Source of the DNA: Chiloscyllium plagiosum
Lineage: Eukaryota
Length of the DNA stretch: 64,000 nt
Assembly: GCF_004010195.1 (NCBI RefSeq)
Contig: NC_057753.1
Location: 14,452,191 to 14,516,190, forward strand
Reading direction: 5' to 3'
A program made the position numbers and the translations under genes. The number at the start of each line of letters is the position of its first letter. Position 1 is the stretch's first letter. Below are positions 12,453 to 24,600 of the stretch, piece by piece. The notes beneath the pieces are model-generated. The model searched no databases, was not told where the DNA came from, and saw nothing but the letters and a program-made list of their open reading frames with translations.

Positions 12453-12890
12453 TCACTCAGAGCGCAGTAATACACGGCAGAGTCAGTCAGTTCTAGCCCA
12501 GTAATAGTCAAACTGGTGAACTTATTCGAGGTCTGAAGTTCTCCTGAGAAGCGCTTTTTCGCAAAATCTGCTGTATCCTCAGAGCCACCAGTACCTTTCC
12601 CCAGAATATACTCGGGCTGTCTGTCCAGGCGCTGGCGGTACCAGTACAACCAATAGACGCTCCATGTAGTATCATAGGTACAGCGCAGAGTCACTGCCTC
12701 TCCTTCTGTGTGAAAAGCTGAGGACAGTGACTGAGTGACAGAATTTCCGTTGCTCGGATCTGAAAGGGAAAACAGATATCAATTGAAAAGTGTCAGGCTA
12801 GGCTCGTTGAAAACCGATTTTTAAAAGAAACATATATTCGAATTGCTCCACATTTGCACCCCACACAACGCAGATGATGAGTAGGCACAT
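12453..12890 (-). pseudogene. TRAV/DV: TCR alpha/delta V segment V3: intact V exon (12453-12759) and RSS, leader splice donor deleted
   Basis: Open V: TLRCTYDTTWSVYWLYWYRQ..DSAVYYCALSD; leader MCLLIICVVWGA lacks the ~13 nt containing AG|GT found in paralog V8, and read-through ends at TAG in the intron. Confidence 0.8.
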
Positions 12891-13244
12891 TGTCGCTGTC
12901 TTCTGTGCCCGAGTGCTGTCGGTTATTTGAAGACATTCAATCTAATATGCCACCCACAATGAACAGATCACGTGTCTGTGGAAATTCTCACCTCAATGGT
13001 CTGTGTCTGTGTGGGGTGGGCAGGGGGGGGGTGTGTGGAGGGGGTGTATGCTATCGTGTTGGTGGAGAAGAGCAGGTTCTCTGTGAAATATACATCCGGA
13101 TCCGGTCTGCAGTCAGTGCATTAAATAAGGAGTACACAGAATTCCAGTAGATTGACTTGCATTCATGACAAACAACTCCCCTGATTCACTGTACACTTTA
13201 CTGTAGTGAAACCATTTTTTTTTGTTTTTTTTTTCTCCTAGTTG

Positions 13245-15600
13245 TTCCTGTCCTCCATCACGAGGTCTCAGACAAGAGCACTGGGAGAGACTGGACCTGT
13301 TGTTAACTCTGGATGAGCTGACCAAGGCCCTTGAGTCCTTAGAAAACAATGAAACCCGTTGAGGCGACAGCATAACGGCCGAGTTGTATTCAGCTCCGTG
13401 GGACCTGATTGGTAAGGACCTGATGGAGATGTACGACAGGTACCTGGCAGGTACCATCGGCGAATCCATGAGGAAAGTTATCATCATTCTCATCTACAAA
13501 CGGGAGGGGGAGAGGGAGAAAATGAGAAATTGGAAACCAATATCATTGCTGAATGCAGACTACAAAACCCTACCTAAAATCGTCGCCAACCTTGTCAGAT
13601 CTGCTTTGGGTTTAATGATTCACGCCGACCAAACTGTCCTACGCAAACCATCACTGAGAGCCTCGTGCTCCTCGGGTATGCGGTTGCATACGTACCGGAC
13701 AGGTGGGTGAAGGCCTGCCTCATCAGCCTGGAGCAGAAGGCCGTTGACGGGATAATGAGCACCTACACGTGGGACATGCTCTCTTATTTTGGGAGGGACT
13801 ATGTCGTTGAATCAGAATGCTCTAAACCTACATCGTTAGTGCAAGCTCAATTAATGGGTGGGAATCTAAAAGATTCCTGATCAGATCCGCAGTCAGGCAG
13901 GGATTCCCACTCTGTCTTGCCTTGTTTGTGCGTTATGTAGAACCCTTTGCGGAGTCCATCAGAAAGGATTCCAACCTGAGGGGGGGCGACTACTCCAGGC
14001 AGCGGATACCTGCAGGTCAAAGCCACCTTGTACATGAATGACGTCACTATTTTCTGCTGTCAATGCACAAACTCATGAGCAGCTGTGAGCAGGTCAAACT
14101 TACCTCAAGGGGCAAGGTAAATCCAGGCAGGAACGAAGCCATGTTCTTTTGGAACTTCGCAGACAAATCCTTCATTGCTTTCACCTTCAGGACCGATTAC
14201 CTGGACAAACTGGGAATATGATCCATCGGGGCTGGGCCATGGATGAAATCTTGGGAGGACTAAAGCAAAGTAAAGCAGATACTGATCTTTTGGGATCACT
14301 GCTTCCTCCCCACTGTGGGTAAAAACTGACCACAAGTTGTGAGGCACTCTCCCCGTTATTCTACGCTGCACAAGTCTGACCCATCACCCAAAACTGTGCC
14401 TAAGATAGACCAAGTCTGTGGGGAATTCATATACAAATCTCTGAATAAGAGGCCTAAGAACGTAACTAATGTTCCTGTCATCCTGATGGCTACCTTTGTG
14501 TGTGGCTGCACCAAGCTTCGCACAGACCCTCAGCACTCAAACTCCAAATGTCGCTATATACTGAGGTTCTACTGCCCCCTGTGTTACGAAGGACGAAACC
14601 GTGGAACACTCCAAGTAGTTGGTTCACTCGTTTTCCCCAGTCCTGTGTACAGAAATTTACCAACGAAAACATGTTTCATCGCAACTCCATCAGAAGTGGT
14701 CAGCATCGAGTATCCTCGAGAGCCTGAGAGAAAAGGAGATAATGGATCATGTGCGTTTCCCTGAGCAGACTGTCAAAGTTACTTGGCAAACTGCCTCATC
14801 GCCAGAACTTTCCAACAAGCACTAATACATTGCTTGGCTGATGCAGAGAAAGGCACTACCTTTGGTATCCTTCATGAATACCTGGCCAGCCAGCGCCAGC
14901 GCCACCACATGTTTCCCTTGAAGTTGCTACGGGGATTTGTGACTGTCGTACATCTCCTTCTGGAATGTGCCTTTGCAAGTGATGTCTGCAGGAAGATGCA
15001 GCACTTTCTGTCAAGGTTCTTCCCAAGTGGGTGGCACGGTGGCACAGTGGTTAGCCAGGTTCAATTCCCGCCTCAGGCGACTGACTGTGTGGAGTTTGCA
15101 CATTCTCCCCGTGTCTGCGTGGGTTTCCTCCGGGTGCTCCGGTTTCCTTTCCAAAGATGTGCAGGTCAGGTGAATTGGCCATGCTAAATTGCCCGTAGTG
15201 TTAGGTAAGGGGTAAATGTAGGGGTATGGGTGGGTTGCGCTTCGGCGGGTCGGTGTGGACATGTTGGGCCGAAGGGTCTGTTTCCACACTGTAATGTAAT
15301 CTAAATTAATCAAGTAGCTCTGTCATGCGGGATTCTGTGCTCAACTTTGTTTTCATTAGGTGCACACCGAGATAGACATCAGCTGCACCAGGACGGACCA
15401 TCAACGTAGTGAATGTTCGCTCTTCGGTCTGCCAGAACTTTGTTGGCCTTCCAGAACAAGGAGCTGACCTCGACTGAGTGTCGCAAACTGGCAAATTCCA
15501 ACGTCCAGGACAACGTGCTCAGGGATGTACGAAAGACTGGGGCAGTTGCTGCCAAAGCGCATTGGGGAAAGACCACACTGTGAGGTCTTCCTGCTGTAGG
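13245..15600 (+). mobile_element. Tx1/L1-clade LINE, 5'-truncated degenerate ORF2 (RT to C-terminus)
   Basis: NWKPISLLNADYKTLPKIVAN, LISLEQKA, VVHLLLECAFA fragments homologous to the 35.6-41 kb element; inserted upstream of V3. Confidence 0.85.
15029..15308 (+). mobile_element. HE1/V-SINE-type SINE nested in the LINE
   Basis: Highly similar to the 5815 copy; short caagt duplication; absent from the paralogous LINE near 52715. Confidence 0.9.
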
Positions 15601-15699
15601 TAAATGTGTGTTGAGTTATCAGACTCTCCTCGTGAGTAAGAGAGATCTTTGGTTTTGTGGATAGCCAAACTCCGATGTTTTGTGTATTTACTATTCAGC

Positions 15700-16335
15700 A
15701 ACTTCAACTACGCTATCTATTGCTCTCGATGTGGTCTCCTCCATATTGAGGAGACAGAACAGCAACTCTCAGAACATCTCAGGTGTCGTCTGTGGGCCAC
15801 ATTTATCCTCCAACGCCACAGCTATGTGGCCGATTACTTCAACTCCATTCGATCTCCACCCAAGGACATACAAGCCTTGGGCCTCCTCCACGGAAAAATC
15901 AAATCTACCCCACGAGTGGAGGATGAACGCCTTATCCTCCAACTTAGGACCCTTCAAACATATGGCATCCCCTTCTATTTCATCAGTTTCCAAATGTCCC
16001 CTCCCCTATCTCATCAAAACTCCAACCCTCCAACTCAGCACCACCCTCGTTACCTGTGCCAGCTGTACATCCTTCTTCCCACCTATCCCCTCCATCGACG
16101 CCACTGACTTAGCCCCTCCATCGACGCCACTGACTTAGCACAATCAACCACCACCTGCATCCACGTATCACGTTCCCTGCCACCTTCCCTTCAACTACAC
16201 TAACACTCGTAGAACTCTCAGTCCCCTTCAAACTCCCACAAACGTGACGAATGATTTATGCCCAAAACATCGACTTTCCTGCCCCTATGATGCGACCTGA
16301 CCTGCTGTGCTTTTCCAGCGCCACGCTTTCTGAAT
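15700..16335 (+). mobile_element. Penelope-like element 3' fragment (GIY-YIG)
   Basis: IYCSRCGLLHIEETEQQLSEHLR..VADYFN..EDERLILQLRTLQ, followed by the PLE tail. Confidence 0.8.
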
Positions 16336-16569
16336 CTGTCAATGTATACATAAAAAGAGATTTTGTTTTGGTGAACAGAGTAGAGTATTGAAATCAGAAA
16401 AGAAACACTGTTGTTCTCTCTTTTAGTCCCGAATTGACGTCAATTCTTGTTCTTGACAATTTCCGGGCTCCCTCCAAGTTCTCAACATTACCCCTGAGAT
16501 TTCCAATCCATACGTACAACTTGTGAGCCCAAAATCTGTCCCTGCTCAAAGTTCAATCACACCTTCCAC

Positions 16570-17830
16570 GTCTCTGACATCTCCCTCCCCTTCCTGGACC
16601 TCTCCATCTCCATCAACATTGACCGACTAAACACTGCCATTTCATACAAACCCACCGACTCCCACAGCTACCTGGATTATATCACCTCCTCCCTACCTTC
16701 TTCCAAAATGCTATCCCGTATTCCCAATTCCTCCGCCTCAACCCCATCCGCGTCCAGGAGGAGCAGATCCACAACAGAACACACTAGATGTCCTCCTTCT
16801 TCGAAGACCTTCCTCTCACACGTGGTGGAAGATGCCCTTCCACGCATCTCATCCGGCACCTCTGCCCTCAAATGCCAGCCCTAGAGCCACAACAAGGGCA
16901 GAACACCCCTGGTCCTCACCTTCCACTCCACCAATCTCGGTATAAATCACATCATCTGCTGACATTTCCACCACCCCTACCACATCCGATTTCCACAAAG
17001 ACCGTTCCATCCACGACTACCTGGTCAAATCCACGCCCACCCCCACATAAACCCACCCTCCATTCCTGAAAGCTTCTCCTGCCACCGCAGGAATTGCAAA
17101 ACTGCGCCCACACCTCCCCTTTCAGCTCCGTCCAAGGCCCCAAAGGAGCCTTCCACATCCAATAAAGTTTCACCTGCACTTCCACACGTCATTTATTGTA
17201 TCCATTGCTCCCGATGCAGTGTCTTCTACACTGCGGAGACCGGATGCCTTCTCGTGGAATGCTTCAGGGAACAACTCCGGGACACCCACACCAATGACCT
17301 CATCGCCCCATGGCTGAACATTTCAACTCGCGCTCCCACTCTGCCTAAGAGATGTAGGTCATCGGCCTCCTCTACCACCATTCCCTCACCAACCGCACCT
17401 GGAGGAAGAACGTCTCATCTTCCACCCCAGAACGCTTCAACTCCATGGCATCAATGTGGACTTCACCAGTTTCCTCAGTTACCTCCCCCCCACTTTACCC
17501 CAGTTCCAACCTTCCAGCTCAGCACTATCCTCATGACCTGCCCCAGCTGCCAACCTTCCTTCTCACCTCTCTGCTCCACCCTCCTCTCTGACCTATCACT
17601 TTGACCACCATTTCCATTCACCTATTGCATTCTCAGCTACCTTCCCCCCAGTCCCACCAACCTCCCATTTATCTCTCCACCTCTGCGACTCCCAGCCTCA
17701 TTCCTGATGAAGGGCTTTTGTCCGAAACATCGATTTTCCTGCTCCTTGCATGCTGCCTGACCTGCTGTGCTTTTCCATCACCACTCAAATCTACACTAAT
17801 CTCCAGCATCTGCAGTACCCACTACTACCT
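16570..17830 (+). mobile_element. Penelope-like element, RT C-terminus plus GIY-YIG, degenerate
   Basis: LPFLDLSI..YKPTDSHSYLDY..IPYSQFLRL motifs; 3' tail containing ctgatgaagggcttttgtccgaaac. Confidence 0.85.
17704..17731 (+). ncRNA. Minimal hammerhead-ribozyme-like motif in the PLE terminal repeat
   Basis: CUGAUGA-A-GGGC(UUUU)GUCC-GAAAC-AUC; PLEs are known to carry minimal hammerheads; helix I not verified. Confidence 0.5.
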
Positions 17831-18977
17831 AGCTGTGTTAACACACATACACATTCACAACACACACGAACAAATAGGGTACTTGTGAGCGTTAGTGTTG
17901 ACCTGCATAAATAGGATAGAGGGGTGATTACGGGATGTCATGAGAGAGTCAGTGTGGGGAAAACAGACCTGGTCAGCGCATGAATTACAGATCCACCGAA
18001 TCAAATCTTCTAAGGATGTTTCCTGTTTCAATTCAAACTCGTCCGACTCTTGAAACCTCCCGAGAAAACAAATCCAGGCCCTCCACTCTTTCCATGTCTA
18101 TCTCAGGCCTGAATATAATCAGCACCCAAACTCTATGGCAAATGATTCCTTAGATTATTTTCACACTGACAGAAGAAATGCCTTCTCACCCTAACTTCAA
18201 TGTATCATTCCTTATTCTGAGAATACGCATCTGTTCCTTTATTCTCCAACACGGTGATTGTTATTCCAAACTATCTCGTCCTTTTTCAAATTCAAATGCA
18301 GAGACAACATTATTAATGAATTTGTAAAATACGCCTTTCATTATTGAATGTTGGGTGGCAAGCCAACAAAAAAAAAGGCAGCACGTTACAAACCCACGGC
18401 CACTTACATCGAGATGACTCAGGGGAGCAAACAAATGGGAACACCATCAGCTGCATGTTCTCTTCCAAGTCATTCACCATTCTAACTTGGAAATGTAACG
18501 CCATCCCTTCAGTTTCATTTTGTGAAAATCTTGCCATTCCCTCATGTTCCACATGTTCAAATACGCAGAAAGTATGAGAAAAGCTTCAAAAGGCACGTCA
18601 CTATTACCTTCTCCATGTGTATTAAGAGTGAGCAAGCCAGCCGGCGAAGCCCACATCTCCTCAGGGAATTAATCATCCCTCATTGGGGAATCATTGGGGA
18701 ATCGAGTAGACATTTTATAAAAGCAAATGTTGTGAATTTGAGACTCTGTCACATGGCGGGCTAATGTGAGTGTGCAAATGTTTTTTTTTAACTACAACAG
18801 TGTGATGACAATAGACATGTCTTAAAACTTACTTTGAGAACAATCAGATTGTGTGAATATATACTCATATAAAACCGTTGAAATGGACGGCCAATTTCAA
18901 TTGGGGAATATAATGTATTTCCACAAAGTAGGATGCTTGTACCCTTGTTGTCTCTCATAATTTCTCCTACGTTGCAG

Positions 18978-19293
18978 AACTCATGGCCAAACGGCGGATC
19001 ACGCAGTCTTCCCTGGCACTGGTGGGCTATCGAAGGCATTCCAGTGACAATGACTGCAGACCCATACCTTCCTCAACGTCTTATAGTGGGCCGCTGTCGT
19101 GACAGACAGAGCTGCAAATTCTGAGCACTGCATTTGGCAAGGTGGCCAGAGCAGGGAGGATTCGGGCCACTTTTCTCTGGGAGCAGAAACGCAGCGTTTT
19201 TGTTGTCAGGGAAATCAGGAGACCTGATCTCATACATCTCTGTGCTGTGATTATCATCGAGTTACAATTGAATTGGCAGCCAGTACAGAAACT
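18978..19293 (+). pseudogene. Decayed TRAV-like V segment (relic R3, best preserved)
   Basis: Acceptor ctacgttgcag|; with small frameshifts reads ELMAKRRITQSSLALV-AIEGIPVTM-C..QILSTAFGKVARAGRIRATFLWEQKRSVFVVREIRRPDLIHLCAV; catcgag + 23 nt + acagaaact (19285-19293). Confidence 0.75.
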
Positions 19294-20680
19294 CCGGGGA
19301 AACAGGAATGATACATACAGCCTCATCATCTCAATGTCAACAACCGCGTACTGAAAAAATCACCAGTAAGAGAAAGTGAATTTTGTCAAGCTTCCATTTT
19401 CAATTTGGAAATATTCCCCATGATTTGTAATCTAGAGAATATAGAGTGTTTCCATTTCGAAACAATGTGTTCAGAGACTTGATGAGATACTTTTCTGCCT
19501 GTCTCGAACCGGAATCTATTTGAACCAGATTTAGGCACACTGCCGCTGCACATCAATAACTCCTCAGAATCTCAAGTTTAACACACTTGCTTTGAAAGAA
19601 TTCGCTGTAATGGCGACAATCAATGTTAATTGCACCTCTACCTTTATGCCCTCTTGACAGGAATGCAACACAGAAATAAGCAACAATTCTCCTCTTGATG
19701 GTGATTAAGCAGGCCAGCACAGGAAATGAAACTGGTACTCTCCCATTCACACATTAACCAAAGGCAAAGATCTGAGATCACTTACACAACGCTTTGGTTA
19801 AACCCAAAGAATAACAGTGGAATCAGTAATAAGAGCTGTTACACGAAAATGCAGCGGAAAAGAACATTCCTTAAATTGACACTACATGAACCACCACGTG
19901 ACGCATTTTTGTTTCATTATGAGATCTCCCATCAAAGTGAGGTTGATTCCCATGATACGGAAAGAATCTAAAAGAAGGACAGAATGAAGATGAAAAGCAG
20001 ATAAACGGTAGTGGATGCGAATAGAGGGGGCTAAACATACTCAGTGTGGAGATTAAACTAAAGTACTGTGTGGAAGTAGAACTGAAAATGCAACTGTTAC
20101 ATTGAATCTCCACATGCTCAAACATGTTACCACACACATACACACACACACTAATAAACATGCACATGCATTTCATACACGGACACCCAAACACACAGAG
20201 AGCCTGGTGTCTATGTTCTATTCGAAGAAGGTAGAAAACGTTTCATGTGATCACATCAATGATGAAATTATGGAAAAAGCAGTCGAATCAGCATCTTCAG
20301 TGATCCCCCTTCTGAAACTCCACCTCCGTTAAACTGATGTCGTCTCTCTAGATGCTCCCACCTCATTCTTTTGTGGTGGAGATACAGATGTGAAACTTGG
20401 AGAAGGACTGCTGTCTGTAACTGCATTGGCTACAAATTACAACACAGCACACATCTTAGGGCGTCGATTGAAATGGGTGTGACCAAATATATGATGTTCT
20501 CTTTCTGTGTGCAATGTAGGAATCTGCAGTTTATTTTCTCAGCAGCTCCGAGAATCACTGGTTGACAGCCTTATCTTAAAGTGACTTCCTCTCAGTGTGT
20601 GTTTAACTTCCTGAAACACATAGTAGCTTCCAAGATGCTGACAAAACCTCAAAAGATAGATCAATCTCTGATCAAAAAGT

Positions 20681-20719
20681 AGTTTTTGTACAGGGGTGAG
20701 ACAGTTCCTCATCACTGTG
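20681..20719 (-). other. 23-RSS of V4
   Basis: CACAGTG - 23 bp - ACAAAAACT. Confidence 0.92.
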
Positions 20720-21171
20720 TCCCAGAAAGCACAGTAGTACACGAAACTGTCTGTTAGTTGTAGACCAGTGATAGTCAAACTGGTGAATTTATTTGCCGTC
20801 TGAAGGTCTACAGAGAAGCGATCTTGAGCAAAATCTGCTTTATCCTCATTTCCTTCAGAATATTTGCTCAGTATATACTCGAGTTGTGTGCCTGGGCGCT
20901 GTCGGAACCAATATAACCGATAATAGTTGGCTGTCGAATCATAGGTACAACTTAGAGTCACTGCATCGCCTTCTGTCCGAAAATCTGAAGAGAGTAACTG
21001 GGTGATTGAATTTCCATGACTCAGGCCTGAAACGAAAGCAGATATATATTGCAAAATATCAGGCTGACATCAATGCAAAATATGATCATATAAAGGAATA
21101 TGAATGATACTTTCTCCATGCTTACCTATTAGAATTGATCCCCACACTACCCAGATTCTGAGTAGACACAT
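20720..21171 (-). CDS. TRAV/DV: TCR alpha/delta V segment V4, apparently functional (leader 21126-21171, V exon 20720-21026)
   Basis: Leader MCLLRIWVVWGSILI, GTAAGC donor, TTCAG acceptor, open V with Cys, WFRQ and YYCAFW, consensus RSS. Confidence 0.9.
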
Positions 21172-23394
21172 TGTCTCTGTCCTTAATGGAATAGGGCTGC
21201 AGTGCATTTAAAGACAGCCGTTCTATAACTCCTCCCTCAATGCACTGCCGCACTGAACCTGCATGTACACAACTCACTGCCTTTTCTCAGTGATATATTG
21301 GAGAGGTGACTTCCGATTAATTCACATTCGCCAAGTTGGGTTCGAGTAACTGCCCTGAACAAGGGGCCTTGCGCATTCTAAGACTATGGCTTTCATCTAT
21401 GATAAGCAATTTCCAGATTCCGAGTATACTTACTTCCAAGACTCTCGCCTTTTACTGTCACTCATCCCCAGTTGACGCTAATTCTTGTGAAAAGCCAATT
21501 AATGGGTGCACTGAAATTAACCATGTAAGCTGCATGCGAGATTTAGACACCTCGCGCGATTCTTGTGGGCTCAAGAACTGCTCTCTCTCTCTTAAAATAC
21601 AATCCCTCCATCCCAATCTCCCCATCACTGAACCCAATCTGAACCTTATCCAGCAATATCTCTGAAATCAATTTTACTAGATTCCCCTTTATTCTCATCC
21701 TCTGTTGCTGTTTTCTTTCCTCGTGCTCAGGAAAATCGCGCTTCTAGTTTTTGTTTTGTTCCTGTCAGATATCCTCACTGAGCTGTTTCACAATCATTCC
21801 TCCTTCTCTTTGCCTTTCTATCTCTCTGAACACAGAGACTTCACAGAGCAGGATCCATTGTTCTCCAGAACAATCTCACAGATGCTGTCTTAGATTCCAG
21901 CACCCTCATAATCTATGTGTATGTGTGTGTGAGACAGAGGCAGAGACAGAGAGACACAGCGAGACTCTGTATGTATGTGTGTGTGTGCACGCATGCGTGC
22001 GTGTGCTTTTGTTTGCCCATGTTTGTTTAAGTGTGTTTATGTCCATGCGTGCATTCGAGTATGAATGTGTTTCTGTGTATTTCATTCAGTGTGTGCATTG
22101 TGCATGTGTGCATTCTGGTGTAAGTGCTTAAGACAGCGTGTATGATTGTCTGTACGAAGGTTAAGAAGCCCACATTTGTTTTCGCAGACTTACGTCTGTA
22201 TTTGAATGTTTTTGCCGTTCTGCTGTGTGTGTTTTTGTTCTGTCTGTCCCAGTGTCTGATTGGAACCATTTTCAAAACATTATAAAATTTCAGCTAGAGT
22301 GTTGCTTCAGGAGTCTAACACACGGACTGAAAGAATTGGCCATTGCTTTGGAAGGTAAGTTGTTTAGAGAAATGTTAATGAATGGATTAATGAAATAAAA
22401 CGCTGTTTCCAAATTTTCCTGCACATGTTAAAATTCCGCCATCTGTTGGTGTATGTCCGCTACTGCACATCAGGAATGTCAAGCATATCAGGGATTCAAT
22501 CAGAGTGAAGCCAGCAGCTGACAGCACCATTCAATCAGACAGCAGCATCAAATCACACACGGTGTCTGTATGAAATATTTGCTGCTCTCAACTCGCTTGC
22601 CTGTAATTTCTCAGACGAATTTTGTTCTGAACAATCTTTTCTCCATGTAAGATGCCTCCATCTCCTGTAAACACAGTCCACAGTCTATTTAAAGGGTGCA
22701 TTTGCTCAGAGTCACTTTGTGGATGAGGGAACTTTTGTACACATTGGGCAGAACTCCTGATTCAATGAGTTTGCTCATTATAGCAGACAAAAAATTGGAT
22801 TATCCAGAATGTCACGGTATTGTGGGAAAATATTATTTCATTGTTGATTTTTTTTGTGACTGTTAGCAAACCAGACATTCATCCCCACCAGTGGATGCTA
22901 AGATGTGCAACTACTCCGATAGAACAAGACTAAAGTAACACAAAATTAGATGATGTTATTCCAGGATTGCATGTCTGCAGAGAGATGACTGGAACAAATA
23001 TGCTTTGACTTTGTCAGAATGACGACAATATTTCCCTGGAGAAACAGGTGGATTGAAAGGGCTCTTGTGGCGTCGTGGGCAGTGTGCCTCCCTTTGAGTC
23101 AGGAAGCCCACGTTGACATGCCAACTGCTCCAGAGCTGTACAATACTACTGGGCAGCTTAATACAGAAAAATAGTTTTCCCGTGTGGGATAGTCCAAAAC
23201 CAAAGGTTGCAATCTTAGAATAGGGAGTTACGCATTTCAGAGTGAGATTAGGAGAAACTTCTGTTCTCAGAAGTAAATTAATCTTGGGAATTCCTTAACA
23301 GAGAGCTTGGGTTATACAGTACGTTCAAGGCTAAGTTGGGAAATGGAATGGTATTGGGGAAATCGTAATGTGTGGGGGAGTGGTGGGGGTGTTA

Positions 23395-23945
23395 TGGGTC
23401 TCTGTGAGAGAGTGCGTGTATGTGTGAGTGTGAGTGTGAGTGCAAATAGGTGTGAGTCTGTATGTGTGTAGGAATTTGTGTGTGTTTGGAAGTTTGTGTG
23501 TGTATAGGATTGTCAGTGTGTATAGGATTTTATGTGTGGGTGTGAGTGTCTGGCAGTGTGCGTCTGTCTGTGTGTGCGTACAGTGCAATGGGGTCACCTG
23601 TAGTGTGACATGAACGCGCCCAGCCACCCCCCTCCACACACACACAGACAAATATACACATACGTTTGTGGGATGAATCTGTACTTCCAGAATTAAATTT
23701 TACATGTAATTACATGTAAGATTCTGTAAATCCGTTTTTGTTTTAAGATTAGAATCCGTCTGACCATTGTGGCCCAGACAGTCTTACACAGGGAAGCTCA
23801 CACCTTTAATACATTTCCTGGGCCAGCATGACACCAATTGTTAAAGTTCACTTGAGGGTGTAACTTTTTAAAATGTTTTGCAATTTACATACGAAAGAAC
23901 TGAAAACAACATGGACGTTCTAACAGATGAGAGACTTAACAAGTT
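23395..23945. mobile_element. Probable retroelement fragment (PLE-like 3' end with TG/CA repeats) at the position of a missing V gene
   Basis: gttcatgtcacactacagg (FMSHYR*) on the minus strand flanked by TG/CA simple repeats; unrelated to the V cassette. Confidence 0.4.
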
Positions 23946-23957
23946 AATGCACAATCG

Positions 23958-24600
23958 ATAAACTCACCCTCAGTGAAATGCTGACATGTCTCTGGAGATT
24001 CTCACCCCACTGCATTGAGGGAAAATGGAAGTGAGAAGACTCACAGAGAATTGATACATCCTGATCTGGGTTATGGAAACTGCACTTGAAATGTAGCACT
24101 GAGAATTCTGATAAATGAAATCTATCCATGATAAGCCTTTTCCCAGATTCACATGAGCCTTACTCTCGCGACTCATCTTCTTCTGCCGTCTTTCCCAAAT
24201 GAGGCCATTTTATATTTTCAAGCAGTTCATGGTTGCCCCCAATGCCACGCTGTTCCCCAGATATCTGCCGCACCTGCAATCCCTACAAACTGTCACAAAC
24301 AATCCCTTCTCAAATTACAATCTCTCAAAGTCCACCTTGCAGAACACTGAATTTAATCTCAAACTTAACCTGCTAGATATCTGATATTGATTTTATTGTC
24401 GGTTATGATGGTCCTCTCCTTCTGTTTCTTTTTACTCAATCTCAAAACTGGTACTATCCCTCTTTTGGTTTATTTCAAAATTCTCCTGAGCTCAGTCTCA
24501 CCTTCGTTTCACAACTCTGTGGGCGTCTTTCTCTCTCACTGAACAGAGAGGCTTCACAGAACTGGACCCACTGTACATCTGAAAGATGCCACAAGTGATG
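23958..24600 (-). promoter_or_regulatory. Orphan V-gene promoter/upstream region with no leader or V exon
   Basis: ccctcagtgaaatgctgacatgtctctggagattctcacc and the following ~600 bp are colinear with the V10 upstream region (62730-63350). Confidence 0.7.

Noticed and set aside
16087-16140. 27-bp tandem duplication as a CRISPR-like or regulatory repeat
   Set aside because: Two adjacent copies with no spacer inside a decayed PLE; an ordinary slippage duplication.
22680-22760. Possible further V relic (FAQS-like reading, also at ~25355)
   Set aside because: No Cys/Trp framework or RSS could be found downstream.
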